DNA from: Hemiscyllium ocellatum
Lineage: Eukaryota
Direction of reading: 5' to 3'
Length of the DNA stretch: 64,000 nucleotides
Assembly (NCBI RefSeq): GCF_020745735.1
Contig: NC_083435.1
Location: 6,479,201 to 6,543,200, forward strand
The notes below the pieces were generated by a model. It had not been told where the DNA came from, did not search any database, and worked only from the letters and a program-made list of their open reading frames with translations. A program made the position numbers and the translations under genes. Positions within the stretch are counted from its first letter, which is position 1; each line of letters begins with the position of its first letter. Below, piece by piece: positions 49,491-63,172 of the stretch.

Positions 49491-50959
49491 GGGAAATTTG
49501 ACATTCTTGTACATGTCCTGATAAACAGATGATTGAAAACATAGTCCTGATGAAGGGCTTTTGCCCGAAACATCGATTTTACTATTCCTTGGATGCTGCC
49601 TGAACTGCTGTGCTTTTCCAGCACCACTGATCCAGAAGATGGGAAATGTCTCTGTTTTCAGCAGGATTCAGAAAATTCATCTAGGCCCCAGCATTGAACA
49701 TGGCAGTGCCTGGCAGTGTAGGTGGGGTGGGCTGTAGTGTCCTTTTTAAGTTAAATCGCTGTCTGTCCCTCCTGACCACTGAATACAAACCACACCCTCG
49801 GCCTTGCTTTTAGAGCTGAGGATCCCACACACTTCTTTTTCAAACAGTAATTTAGAAACCTTTTGTCCATCCTGGAGGTGGTGAGAAGGGGGATAAAGAA
49901 AAGGGCAGGTTTTCCCTGGAGAGATGCCGTCCCCGCCTTCCTGCCCCCTCTGACTCAAAATCCTGGGAAAAAAAGGTCAAAGGGCAACAGTCTCAACCAG
50001 ACAGTAATTAAGGCTCTTAAACAATCAATTAGTGACCAACTAATAGCCTCAGCTTGCCCCCTACCCTCCTGCATCCCCCTCCCCCTCCCCCACTCCCTCC
50101 CTTGACCCCTTTCACAACAGGCGAGAGAAGTGACTACTTTCCTGACTGGTGTAACCATGGTAACCATGAGCGTGGGGCAGGTGAGGTCTGAATGCCACCC
50201 CTCTGTCATTGCCTCTGTCCACCTCACCCAAGAAGAAGAAATAAAATCCTTCCCCTGCTGGATTCAACTCGGTCCCCCCCACCCCCCACAAACCACCCCC
50301 ACTCCACCACCACCCCACACCCTGACCACTCATTTGTAGTCCTCAAACTTGGACTTCTAGATCTGAAAGTTCCTGACAGCCTCTGATAGGCCAGCCACTC
50401 CTGGCCACTCGGATCTGCAGTGTCGGTGAGGGTAGGGGAATCTGATTGGGCGAGTTAATTGCCCTCACTCCCCTCTCAGCCTGAGAGGAGCTGGTTGGTC
50501 AGTGACCCAGTGAGGTATCCCATCGCTGGGGCCTACTGACCAGGATCATCCTTCAACCTGTGACAAGTTCAGATCATAAACCTCCTGCAGGAAGGCTCTT
50601 CATTAGGAATTGTGCCCATCATGAACCTGCTCTTGAAATAATCTTTCTCTTTCAGTTGACGTTCCTACCAAGATTGATCCAATCATCTGAAATCTTCAAG
50701 TGCCCTCACCAACGAAACACTGAAGTGACATTCCTCATCTGACGGAGTGAGAGCTATTTCATTCTCTTACCCACTCATGGTGATTTGAAACTATTAATAG
50801 TAAAAAAAGAATATTTTCCCCTTTAACTCAATGTTAAATAAAACAGACAATCTTAGGTAATGAATAACTGATCTCTAAGGATTGTGAATTCACCTTAGAG
50901 CTGTTGCAAGCATTAAATAATAAAAATAATTACCTTGGCTTAATTGTTTGTTCAATGTA

Positions 50960-53900
50960 ATAATGTGGCTTTAAGGGGTGAATATACTCAAGGGCCAGGG
51001 ACCAGGGTGAGGCCTAGCCATCAGCAGTTCGGAGGAGCCTGGGCAGTGGTGAGCGTGTGGATGCTCTGTACATCTTTATCTACAAGGACTGAAATATCCG
51101 TTTAAAAATACAACGGTTTAAAAGACTCACTTCAGGCATTGGGGCCTCCATTTGCCGAGAGGTGTGAGGGGTGAGCGAAGGACTTCTGGGAAGGTTTTTA
51201 AGTGGGTGAGAGGTGGGACCTGTACATGAAGGACGGGTTGCACCTGAACTGGAGGGGTACAAATGTCCTGGCTGGGAGATTTGCTCATGTGGTTCGGGAG
51301 GGTTTAAACTAATTTGGCAGGCGGGTGGGAATCAGAGCCACATGTCTGGGGGGAGGGGGGGGGGGTGTCAGTTGCAGACGTGACAGTGACAGGATATATT
51401 GAATCTAAAAGGAAGGTTTCTCACGCGATGAAACAAAGAGTGTGTCTGCTTTAATGCAAGGAGTGTCTGAAATAAGAGTGACGGACTTAGAGCGTGGATC
51501 AATGCTTGGGGCTATGATGTTGTGGCCATAACGGAGACGTGGGTATCACAGGGGCAGGAATGGTTGCTTGATGTTCCAGGGTTTAGAACGTTTAAAAAGA
51601 ACAGGGAGGTTGGAAAAAGAGGAAGGGTGGCGGGGAGGGGGTGGTGTAGCATTGTTAATCAGAGAGGACATCACAGCTACAGAAACGAAGGTTGTTGAGG
51701 AAGGTTTCTCTACTGAGTCAGTACGGGTGGAAGTTAGGAACAGCAAGGGAACAGCCACCGCATTGGGGGTTTTCTACAGACCATCTAATAGCAATAGAGA
51801 GATTGAAGATCTCATAGGTGGGCAGATTCTGGGAAAATGCAAAAGTAGCAGGGTTGTTGTTATGGGTGATTTCAACTTTCCCAATATCGACTGGAACCTC
51901 CTAAGTGCAGATGGTTTGGATGGAACTGTTTTTGTCAGGTGTGTTCAGGAGGGTTTCCTTACTCAATATGAGGGCAGGCTGAGGAGGGGAGAGGCCATTT
52001 TGGATTGGGTGCTCAGCAATGAGCCAGGACAGGTGTCAGATCTCTTGATGGGAGAACACTTTGGTGATTGTGATCATAACTATCTCACATTTACCATAGC
52101 CTAGCAGAGGGAAAGGAGCAGTTACCGAGGGAAGATATTTAATTGGGGAAAAGGAAATTATGACGCTATCGGACAGGAGTTGGGAAGTACAGACTGGGAG
52201 CAATTGTTCCACAGAAAGGGCACAGCAGGCATGTGGAGACTATTTAAGGTGCAGTTGTTGCGAGTGATGCACAAATGTGTTCCTCTGAGACAGGTAAGAA
52301 GGGGTAAGATTAAGGAGCCTTGGATGACGAGAACAGCGGAGCTTCTTGTCAAAAGGAAGAAGACAGCTTATGTAAGGTGGAGGAAGCAAGGACCTAGCAC
52401 AGCTTTAGAGGATTACAGGCTTGCTAGAAAGGAGCTCAGAAATGGACTGAGGAGAGCCAGGAGGGGGCATGAAAAAGGCTTGGCAAGAAGGAGACCCCCT
52501 AAGGTGTTTTACTAATACGTGAGGAATATGAGAATGCTCAGGGAGAAGGTAGGGCTGATCAGGGATAGCATAGGGAACTTGTGCGTGGAGTCTGAGCAGA
52601 TAGGGGAAGCCCTAAATGAATTTTTTGCTTTGGTTTTCGCCAAGGAAAGAGACCTTGTTATAAATGAAAACTTAGAGGAGCTGGGATATGGTCTTGAACA
52701 GATCAAGATTGATGAAGTTGATGTGCTAGAAATTTTGGAAAACATTAAGATTGATAAGACCCCAGGGTCAGACCAGATTTATCCTAGGCTGCTCTGGGAA
52801 GAGAGAAAGGAGGTTGCTAAGCCGCTGGCGAGGATATTTGCCTCCTGACTCTCCGCGGGAGTCGCACCGGAGGATTAAAAGGAGGCGAATGTTATTCCTC
52901 TTTTTAAGAAGGGTAATAGGGAATTCCCTGGCAATTACAGACCAGTCAGTCTTACGTCTGTGGTCAGCAAAGTTGTGGAAAGAATTCTGAGGGATAGGAT
53001 TTATGACTGCTTGGCAAAGCACAATGCGATTAAAGGCAGTCAGCATGGCTTTGTGAGGGGCAGGTCATGTCTCACAAATTTTATTGAGTTCTTTGAGGAG
53101 GTGTCAAGACAGGTTGATGAAGGTTGAGCAGTGGATGTGGTGTATATAGACTTCAGCAAGGCATTTGATAGGGTTCCCCATGGTAGGCTCATTCATAAAG
53201 TCAGGACGTATGGGATACAGGGAAATTTGGCTATCTGGATTCAGAATTGGCTGGCTGACAGAAGACAGATAGTGTTGTAGATGGAAAGTATTCTGCCTAG
53301 AGGACAGTGTTGAGTGGGGTCCTGCAAGGGCTCTGTGCTTGGGCCTCTGCTCTTTGTAGTTTTTATTAATGACTTGGATGAGGAGGTTGAGGGGTGGGTT
53401 AGTAAATTTGCAGATGACACAAAAGTTGGGGGTGTTGTCGATAGTATAGAGGGCTGCTGCAGGCTGCAGCACGACATAGACAGGATGCAGAGCTGGGCTG
53501 AGAAATGGCAGATGGAGTTCAACCTGGATAAATGTGAAGTGATGCATTTTGGAAGGTCGAACTCAAATGCTGAATATAGGATTAAAGACAGGATTCTTGG
53601 CAGTGTGGAGGAACAGAGGGATCTTGGTGTGCAAGTACATAGATCCCTCAAAGTTGCCACCCAAGTGGATAGGGTCGTTAAGAAAGCATATGGTGTTTTG
53701 GCTTTCATTAACAGGGGGAATAGAGTTTAAGAGCCGTGAGGTTTTGCTGCAGCTCTACAAGTCCCTGGTGAGGCCACACTTGGAATATTGTGTCCAGTTC
53801 TGGTCGCCCTACTATAGGAAAGATACAGAGACTTTGGAGAGGGTGCAAAGAAGGTTTACCAGGATGCTGCCTGGACTTGCCTTATGAAGAAAGGTTGAAT

Positions 53901-54305
53901 AGGCTCAGATTTTTCTCTCTGGAGAGAAGGAGGAAGAGAGAAGACCTGATCGATGTGTACAAAATAATGAGAGGAATAGATAGAGTCAATAGCCAGAGAT
54001 ATTTCCCCAGGGCAGGATTGACTGGTACGAGAAGTCATAGTTTGAAGATATTAGGAGGAAGGTATAAAGGAGACATCAGAGGTAAGTTCTTTACGCAGAG
54101 AGTTGTAGATGCATGAAATGTGTTACAAGCGGTGGTGATGGAAGCAGTCATTGGGGATATTTAAGTGACTGCTGGACATGCACATAGATAGCAGTGAGTT
54201 GAGGGGTATGTAGGTTGTTACTATATTTTACATTAGGATTAAATCTCGGCACAACACTGTGGGCCAAAGGGCCTGTTCTGTGCTGTACTTTACTCTGTTC
54301 CATGT
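50960..54305 (+). mobile_element. Long CR1 LINE (ORF1 3' end, endonuclease, RT, 3' UTR), degenerate
   Basis: DGLHLNWRGTN (ORF1 end), [76 protein letters not shown]; stops and frameshifts present. Confidence 0.92.
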
Positions 54306-54569
54306 TCTATCCAGCTGGTGGACAAACCTACCTTCGAGTTTTCAATAAGCTGCATCTACCACATTTATTGGCCATTTAGAAGAGAGCTAACTCTGTTTTG
54401 GGGGGGAAAAAAAGACAAAAACAGACAAAGGGTTTTGAAAAGCTGTGTCTAAATGCAAGACGTTTTCTTTCAGGGATATTCAGTGATTTTTGAGCAAGTT
54501 AGTGAAATTCCTATCCTTTGCTCCCAGGTGGCGCTCTTGCACCCTGTAACTCCCGTCACTGTGATGATG

Positions 54570-55295
54570 TGGAGGTGCTGGTGTAGCACTGGGCTGGACA
54601 AAATTAAACACCACACAACATCAGGTTATAGTCCAACTGGTTTACTTGAAAATAGGAACTTTTGGAGCACTGCTCCTTCGTCAGGTAGCTAGTTGGGCAG
54701 GATCATAAGAAACAGAATTTATAGTAAACTATCAAAGTTTCATACAACTGATGTGATGTCTTGGACAAACCGAGTTTGCTGATAAGTCTTTAATCACTTA
54801 GAATAGGGATGCGGGTTTCCATTGACTCATCTGTAAATCCCAGAATTTCTTTCACATCACAGTCCTGAGATAACTGAAGGTTTTATTTAAAAAAGTGACG
54901 TCTCATCTCAGATAATTCATTAAAGATGTGAGGTTAGAGTCTCTCTGTATCCCAACCTTTATCACCTGTATCACGCCTTTAATGCATTGCCTGAGCTGAG
55001 ATATCACTTACTTTTTTTATAAAACCTTCAGTTATCTCGAAAGAAAGAAATTCTGGGATTTACATATTAACCAGTCAAAACCTGTATCCCCATCCTAAGT
55101 GATTAAAGACTTAACAGCAATCTAGATTTGTTCAATATATCACATCGGTAGTATGACACTTTGATCCTTTACTATAAATTCTGTGTCTTATGATCCTGCC
55201 CCACTAGCTCCTTGATGAAGGGGAAACACTCTGAAAGCTTGTACTTCCAAATAAACCTGTTGGACTCTAACCTGGTGTTGTGTGATGTTTAACTT
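54570..55295. mobile_element. Second Penelope-like family element with inverted ends
   Basis: aaacaccacacaacatcaggttatagtccaactggtttacttg at the left end mirrors aaataaacctgttggactctaacctggtgttgtgtgatgttt at the right. Degenerate hammerhead-like tgatgaagg...gaaagct; related piece at about 59005-59085. Confidence 0.6.
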
Positions 55296-55929
55296 TAAAT
55301 GATCACTATTCATTTAAACGAATGAATACTCTTGTATTCATCTAGCACCATTGAAAGAGTAAAAATGCCCCATAGCATTTTATGGGAGCATTATCAAATG
55401 GATTATTATGCTGAGTATAAAACCTTGGCCGAACATTGGGGTTTCAAGCGAGCAATGTCAAGGAGAAAAGGCAGGAGAGGCAGAGGAGAGTAGAAAGGGA
55501 ATTCCAGGGTTTGGGATGGCTTCTGTCTGCTGAAGGAAAGGAAATTGGAAATAGGTGAGCGGTTCAGTAACAGATGGCAACATAAAAGGATGATGGTACA
55601 GGAGGAAACATTCGGCCCATTATTATCTGCGCTGATCGATAAAACAACCAGTCTCATCCCATCATTCAGCTCCTGTTCTGGAGCTGTGTAGGTCACAGCA
55701 CTTTAAGTGAGTATCTGAGTATGTTGTTTTTAAATGCACTGTGGTTTCTTTTTCATCCTTTCAGACAGTGAGTTCCTGACCCCTATCAATCCCTGGAAAT
55801 AGGAACAGGCCATTCTGCCCCTCAATTCTGCTTCGCCAATCCAAAGGGTCATGGCTGGTCCGGTATTCCTCATGTCCACTTTCCTGCCTTTTCCCTGTAA
55901 CCATTGGTTTCCCGACTGATCAAGAATCT

Positions 55930-56310
55930 CTCTGTCAGAGACTGAGGGTTGACCTTATAGAGGTTTATAAAAACATGAGGGGCATTATTAGGGTAAATAG
56001 TCAAGGTCTTTTCCCCAGGGTAGGGGATTTGAAAAATAGATGGCACAGTTTTAAGGGAAGAGGGGAAAGATTTAAAAGGGACCTAAGAGGCACCTTTTTC
56101 ACGCAGAGGGTGGTGGGTGGATGGAATGAGCTGCCAGAGGAAGTGGTGGAGGCTGGTACAAAGACAACATTTAAAAGGCATCTGGATGGGTAGATGAATA
56201 GGAAGGGTTTAGAGGGACATGAGCCAAGTGTTGGCAAATGAGGCTAGATTAATTTAGGATATCTGGTCAGCATGGATGAGTTGGACCGAAGGGTCTGTTT
56301 CCGTGCTGTA
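55930..56310 (+). mobile_element. CR1 LINE 3' fragment
   Basis: RGERFKRDLRGTFFTQRVVGGWNELPEEVVEAGT plus 3' UTR. Confidence 0.85.
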
Positions 56311-56995
56311 TATCTGTATGACTTTACGTCTCAGCCATAAGGACTCTGTCCCCAGAGCAGTCTGTGGCAAGGAGTTCCAAAGACTCTCAACTCCTCTGAG
56401 AGAAGAAATTTCTCCTCATCTCAGTCTTAAATTGGCATCTCCTCATCCTCTCCCATGAAGGGAACCATCCTCTCAACCTGTCAAGCCCCTTAAGATTCCT
56501 ATATGTTTCAGTCAGATCACCTCTCATTCTTCGAAGGCTAAACCAGTGAAGACCCAACTGGTTTAGCTTTTGCACATCTGGCAATCCCTCTACATCAGGG
56601 AGGGACCTCTCTCTAATCTTCCCACCCACCATTTTAAATCTCTGACCCCTGACCTTTCTGCCAAGGGGTGTAGGCACTTCCACTCTACCCACCTTCATTT
56701 ACACTTCATCGAGCACTTGGTAAATCTCGCCTCAGCCTCTCGAACCTCACTGAGCTGATCTCCCCCCGGATTAAAGCTCTCTCTGTTCATGTTGATATCC
56801 TCAGGAATTTGTTCTGTTCCCCCCTCACTCGAGTGAGGTCCCTCCTTCCTGCAATGTTCTGCCTGGAACTGGCTGCAGTGTTGTTGCTGTAATCACCTCC
56901 CTGTTCCAGCCCGAACCTTCAGGCTTGAGTTCTCCACCACAAAAGGGAAAGGATTCCTCCTGGATTCCCGGACCCCCTCATCCACTCCATTAGTG

Positions 56996-57289
56996 GGCAG
57001 CATGGTGGCACAGTGGTTAGCACTGCTGCCTCACAGCGCCAGAGACCTGGGTTCAATTCCCGCCTCAGGCAACTGACTGTGTGGAGTTTGCACGTTCTCT
57101 GCGTGGGTTTCCTCCGGGTGCTCTGGTTTCCTCCTACAGTCCAAAGATGTGCGGGTCAGGTGAATTGGCCATGCTAGTGTTAAGTAAGGGGTAAATGTAA
57201 GGGTATGGGTGGGTTGCGCTTCAGCGGGTCGGTGTGGACTTGTTGGGCCGAAGGGCCTGTTTCCACATTATAAGTAATCTAATCTAATC
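56996..57289 (+). mobile_element. HE1-like V-SINE
   Basis: Complete consensus with aatctaatctaatc tail. Confidence 0.88.
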
Positions 57290-58784
57290 ACCCCTCGGCC
57301 TGTGCTCCCTCACATGCACCTCCTCAACTTGTGCATCCTCACCTAGTGACCCCCTCACCTTGTGCGAGGGGAGGTGGGCAGCACATGGATGAGAATGAGC
57401 AGGGGCCAAAGGTCAATCCTCAGCATATTGTCTGTAGTTTTGTCTCCTTACCTCAAGAATTATATTATTAAGGCAGAGGGAGTGTAATAAAAGCTTCTTT
57501 GTCATTCAGTCATGGGATGCCCTTAGGGCAGTTAAGAGTCGACCACATTGCTGTGGGTCTGGAGTCACATGTAGGCCAGACCAGGCCGTTTCCATCCCTA
57601 AAGGACATTAGTGAACCTGACAGATTTTAAATGACAATCGATTCATCATTAAACTCCAGTTTTTTAAAAATTGAATTTGAATTCCATCTCCTAGCTCTTT
57701 GGATTAATAGCCCAGCAATAATAATACAAAGTCATCACCTCCCCTTATGGTTTCTGAGCCGTATCTCCAGGACTATCCTGTGCATAGAGACTGAGCGAAC
57801 TGAGCTTCTCGTCTCCAGCAGGTTGGCAGATGAGAGGTGACCTCGTTGACAAAATGTTGAAATGGATAGACGAAGGGTACGAGGTGAGATATGCCCCCGG
57901 CTATGAGACAGGAACACAACTAAAACAGACAGGGGATGATGCCACCGATGTCAGAGATAATTACTCAGAGGCTCATGAACCTTCTGGATTCTCTCTCGAG
58001 GGCAGTAGGAGATCAGTTTAGGTTTGAGCATGTTTAAGGTAAAGAATTGCCAGGATTTACTGCTGGCCAGTGGTGGACAGGGTTTGGGAATGGGATAGGT
58101 AACAGATGAATCAGCCAGAGTTGTGTTGAATGGCAGGGCAGGTTAGATGGGCAGAATGGCCTACTCCTGTCTAGTCAGGAAGAGAAGCCTCCTTCAGGGA
58201 CCACTCCACAGTAGCTGTGTCCGTGTTAAAGCATCCCTCAGGAATCCTGGCTAAGCCAGATCAGTCTTGAGCAGGTTATAACATTACCTCCTGGAAAGAG
58301 GAAAGAGAGAGAGAGAGAGAAAGCCGGGGGCAGGAGAAAGAATAGGCAGGTGGAATTTGTACGTGGGAGGTTGTAAATCTTTCAAAAATTAATTTTTCCA
58401 CTCAGTTCCTTGCCAGAAAATAGGATGAGTAATATATTTGAATTTTCTGGTCCATGGCATGACTGGGTAAGTTTCAAAAATTCCCCATCACCATTCCCAC
58501 TGCGAGCAACTTCCCATTGCAAAAGTGCTCAGACCGTTCTCCAAGTGGATGCTCCTGGGAGTACAGCGAATGCAGTAACTCTGTTCGCGGAAGAGCAGAG
58601 CGATTTGGGGTTCTGGCATGACAACAGGATGCTACAGATGATGGAGTCTGCCTGAAGTGCCTCACACCAAAGGCAACAGGATAAACAGCAAGATCACACA
58701 CGCAAATCATGTGTTTTTACGTGCTGCTGCTTGTAGGGTGAATATTTGCCAGAGCAACAGGGAGAGCATCCTTTGTCGTTGAGG

Positions 58785-58985
58785 ACAGCATGATGGCTCA
58801 GTGGTTAGCACTGCTACCTCACAATACCAGGGACCCGAGTTCGATTCCAGCCTCGGGTGACTATCCACGTGGAGTTTGCACATTCTCCTCATGTCCGTGT
58901 GGGTTTCCTCTGGGTGCTCTGGTTTCCTCCCGCAGTCCGAAGATGTGCAAGTTAAGTGAATTGTGACAAATTCCGTGCCATACAA
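58785..58985 (+). mobile_element. HE1-like V-SINE 5' part (another diverged copy at about 59455-59752)
   Basis: catgatggctcagtggttagcactgctacctcac head and central domain. Confidence 0.7.
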
Positions 58986-59809
58986 TCTTATTCTCCACAC
59001 CCATTTGATGAAGGAGCAGCGCTCCAAAAGCTAGTGCTTCCAAATAGACCCGTTGGACCATAACCTGGTGTTGTGTGATTTTTGACTGAGGGACAGCTGC
59101 ATTGGGTGAGAGGCTGTAATCTCCCTCAGCTGTTAGAACATGGCTGCAGTCTGTATATGGGACGGTAAAGCTCACTGACAGAGTGGTACAGTCACAAACA
59201 GGGCAACACATTCTCTCAGCATATAGGAAACCAGTCAGCAGAGGCAGAGAGAGAGAGAGTGTGTGTGTATGAGTGAGAGGATGTGTACGTGAGAGAGTGC
59301 GTGTAAATAAATATTTGTGGGTGAAATAGTGTGTATGTTCAGAAAAGTGTGTTTATGTACATGTGAATGTGTCTGTATGTGATTGGTCAGCAATTGTTTA
59401 ACATTTAGTCAGGACTAAATCACTGTGAAGCAAGGTGATTCAGTAGTTAACACTGCTCCCTTACAACATCAGGGAGCTTGGGCGACTGTCTGTCTGATGT
59501 TTGCGCGTTCTCCCTGTGTCTGCGTGCGTTTCTCCGGGTGCTCTGGTTTCCTCCCACAGAACCAAAGATGTGCAGATTAAATGAATTGACCACACTAACT
59601 TACCCATAGTGACCAGGAATATGCAAGTGAGGTGGGTTAGCCATGGGAAATGCAGGGCAACAGGGGTCTGGGTCTGGGTGAGACTCTCTTTGGAGGGTTG
59701 GTGCAGATTTGATGGGCTGAATGGCCTCTGTCTGTGCTGTAGAGATTCTATGAGGTGACCAATACCCCATTGACTTACAGTCATCCCTAGCCAACTGAAA
59801 TGTGAAGGC

Positions 59810-61160
59810 TCATAGAACATAGAACATAGAACAGTACAGCAGAGTACGGGCCATTCGGCCCACCATGTTGTGCCGTGCATTTATTTTAATCTAAGATCAG
59901 CCTAACTTACACACCCCTCAATTTACTGCCATCCATGTGCTTGGCCAGCAGTTGCTTAAATGTTCCTAATGTATCTGACTCTACTACCTCTGCTGGCAGT
60001 GCATTCCACACACCAACCACTCTCTGTGTAAAGAACCTCTGACATCTCCCCGAAACCTTCCTCCAATCACCTTAAAATTATGACCACTCCTGACAGCCCT
60101 TTTTCTGCCCTGGGGAAAAGTTTCTGATCATCTACTCTATCTATGCCTCTTCTTATAACATATATAGACCGTATAAACCTCCATCAAGTCACCTCTTTTC
60201 CTTCTTCTGTCCAGTGTGAAAAGTCCTAGCTTATTCAACCTCTTTTCATAAGACAAGTCCTCCAATCCAGGCAGCATCTTGGCAAATCTCCTCTGTGCCC
60301 TCTCTAAAGCATCTACATCCTTTCTATAATGAGGTGACCAGAACTGGATACAATATTCCAGTGTAGTCTAACCAGGGTTTTATAGAGCTGCAGCAAATTC
60401 TCACAGCTCTTAAACTCAAACCCCCTGTTAATGAATGCCAAAACACCATACTCCTTCTTAACAACCCGATCAACTTGGCCGGCCATCTTGAGGGATCTAT
60501 ATACACGGACCCGAAGATACCTCTGTTCCTCCACACTGCCAAGAATCCTGCCTTTAACCCTGTATTCAGCATTCAAATTCAACCTTCCAGAATGAATCAC
60601 TTCACATTTATCCAGGTTGAACTTCATCTACCACTTCTCAGCCCAGCTCTGCATCCTGTCAATGTCTCGTTGTAGCCTGCAACAGCCCTTGACACCATCT
60701 ACAACACCACTGACATTTGTATCATCACTAAACTGACCAACCCACCCTTCCAATTCTTCATCCAAGTCATTTATAAAAACTCCAAAGAGCAGAGGCCCAA
60801 TAACAGATCGCTGCGGGACACCCCTGGTCACTGACCTCCAGGCGGTATACTTTCCATCCACTACCACTTGCTGCTTTCTTTCAGACAGCCAATTCTGCAT
60901 CCAGACAGCCAACTTTTCCTCATCCCATACCTCCTAACTTTCTGAATGAGCCTACCATGGGGAACCTTATCAATTGCCTGACTGAAATCCAAATACACCA
61001 CACCCACTGTTTGACCTTTATCCACATGTCTCATCACATTCTCAAAGAACTCAATAAGTCTTGTCTGGCATGACCTGCCCCTCACAAAGCCATGCTCATA
61101 ATCTTTAATCAAACTATGTATTCTTGAAGAGAGGAACAACAGTCGCCTCCCTCCAACCAT
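59810..61160 (-). mobile_element. CR1 LINE RT/3' fragment
   Basis: HGFVRGRSCQTRLIEFF, DFSQAIDKVPHGRL, GVPQRSVIGPLLF, MKFNLDKCEV; tail (catagaa)n at about 59812. Confidence 0.88.
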
Positions 61161-61164
61161 CCAC

Positions 61165-61740
61165 TTTATAACACTCTGGTTAGGCCCCTTTGGAGTACTG
61201 TGTCCAGTTTTGGTCCCCACACCTCAGGAAGGACATACTGGCACTGGAACGTGTCCAGCGGAGATTTACACGGATGATCCCTGGAATGGTAGGTCTAACA
61301 TACGAGGAACGGCTGAGGATCCTGGGATTGTATTCACTGGAGTTTAGAAGATTAAGGGGAGACTTAGTAGAGACGTACAAGATAATACATGGCTTGGAAA
61401 GGGTGGATGCTAGGAAGTTGTTTCCATTAGGCGAGGAGACTAGGACCCAGCCTTAGAATTAGAGGGGGTCAATTCAGAACAGAAATGCGGAGACATTTCT
61501 TCAGCCAGAGAGTGGTGGGCCTATGGAATTCATTGCTGCAGAGTGCAGTGGAGGCCGGGATACTAAATGTCTTCAAGGCAGAGATTGATAGATTCTTGTT
61601 GTCTCGAGGAATTAAGGGCTATGGGGAGAACGCTGGTAAGTGGAGTTGAAATGCCCATCAGCCACGATTGAATGGCGGAGTGGAGTCGATGGGCCGAATG
61701 GCCTTACTTCCACTCCTATGTCTTATGGTCTTATGGTCAT
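61165..61740 (+). mobile_element. CR1 LINE 3' fragment, back-to-back with the preceding one
   Basis: [31 protein letters not shown]...RGDLVETYKI; tail tcttatggtcttatgg. Confidence 0.88.
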
Positions 61741-62539
61741 CCAGTATTACTCCTGTGGAGAGTGAGGATCATTGCCAGAGGTGCAGCAATCTCATTCCTC
61801 CCTTCCCATAGTAACGCTGGCTATATCTGGATTGGCCCTGGGAACTTATCTATCTTGATGCTTCTCAGAATATCCAGCACATCCACTTCCTTAATATCAA
61901 GAAGACACTGGACATATTGAGACACCTCATTGGAAGTGTCCAGGGATCACATAAACCTCCAAACAACCCACCTCCTGGAGGCCTCAAACATCCCCTCCCC
62001 CGAATGGGGCAGGGGCTTTGGTTTCCAATGGTTCGACTGTTCTGAGGCTGGTCACTGATCCATGCTCACTGGGCTGGATTGCTTTGGACTTGATGTGCAC
62101 CCAGGGAAAAGTGAACAGATGACATGGGGGAGGCACATTGAAGGAGTGTATGAAACTCTGCACATAAACTTGCTGCATCGTTTTTGTTTGGGACAAATTA
62201 GTTATGTGAAAGGAGTAACAATGACCATCTTGCAGTACTGCTATTCCGGGATGCTGGGGGTTAATAGCAACATTTCAAGATGTTTTTCTAAGAATTTTCT
62301 TACTGTCTGTGAGTCGGTCTGGTTCTGATCTCTCTGATTAGTTGAAATGAGCCCTGGGGCTGTCTGTTGGGAGCAGATGGAAGTGTTTCCGCTCTCAGTG
62401 ACACTCACAGGTGAAGTTGCGTTTTCAGCTCTCTGCTCACTGGCAGCTCACCCCCGGGACCCTGTTCTTACTGAATGCTCCTTTCTCATTGCTGCTTCTG
62501 GACAGATTGGGGGAAGGACTGCAGTTCCCACCTTCCCCC

Positions 62540-63172
62540 TCCACACTCTCCCTAACCACCTCCCCCACGTTGCGCCTCTCCCCCATCACCCCTATCACTC
62601 CCCCAGTCCGAACATCCCCTACCCCAATCATCCCTCTCCCCTCAACATGCCCACTCCATCCTCACCAACCCCCCACCCCCATCCTCACCAACCCCCACCC
62701 CCACCCCCATCCTCACCATATACCCCCCACACCCATCATCACCAACCCCCAACCCCATCCTCAGCACCCCCCCACCCCCATCCTCACCAAACCCCACCCC
62801 CATCCTCACCACCCCCCACCACATCCTCACCAAGTCCCCCCACCCCATCATCACCAACCCCCACCCCCATCCTCACCACCCCCCAACCCCACCCTCACCA
62901 TATAGCCCCCACCCCCATCCTCACCCTCACCATAAACCCCCCACCCCCACCCCCACTCTCACCCTCACCATATATCCCTCCACCCCCATCATCACCACCC
63001 TCACCAACCCCCACGCCCATCCTCACCAGCCCCCCATCCCCACCCTCACCCTCACCATAAACCCCCCACCCCATCCCCACCCTCACCCTCACCATATACC
63101 CCCCACCCCCACCCTCACCATATACCCCCACCCCCACCCTCACCCTCACCCTCACCATATACCCCTCACCCT
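62540..63172. repeat. C-rich low-complexity tandem repeat (ccccatcctcacca / accctcaccata)
   Basis: Direct reading; it explains the Pro/His-rich spurious ORFs. Confidence 0.92.

Noticed and set aside
62347-63158. Pro/His-rich and Gly/Val-rich ORFs
   Set aside because: Low-complexity C-rich repeat.
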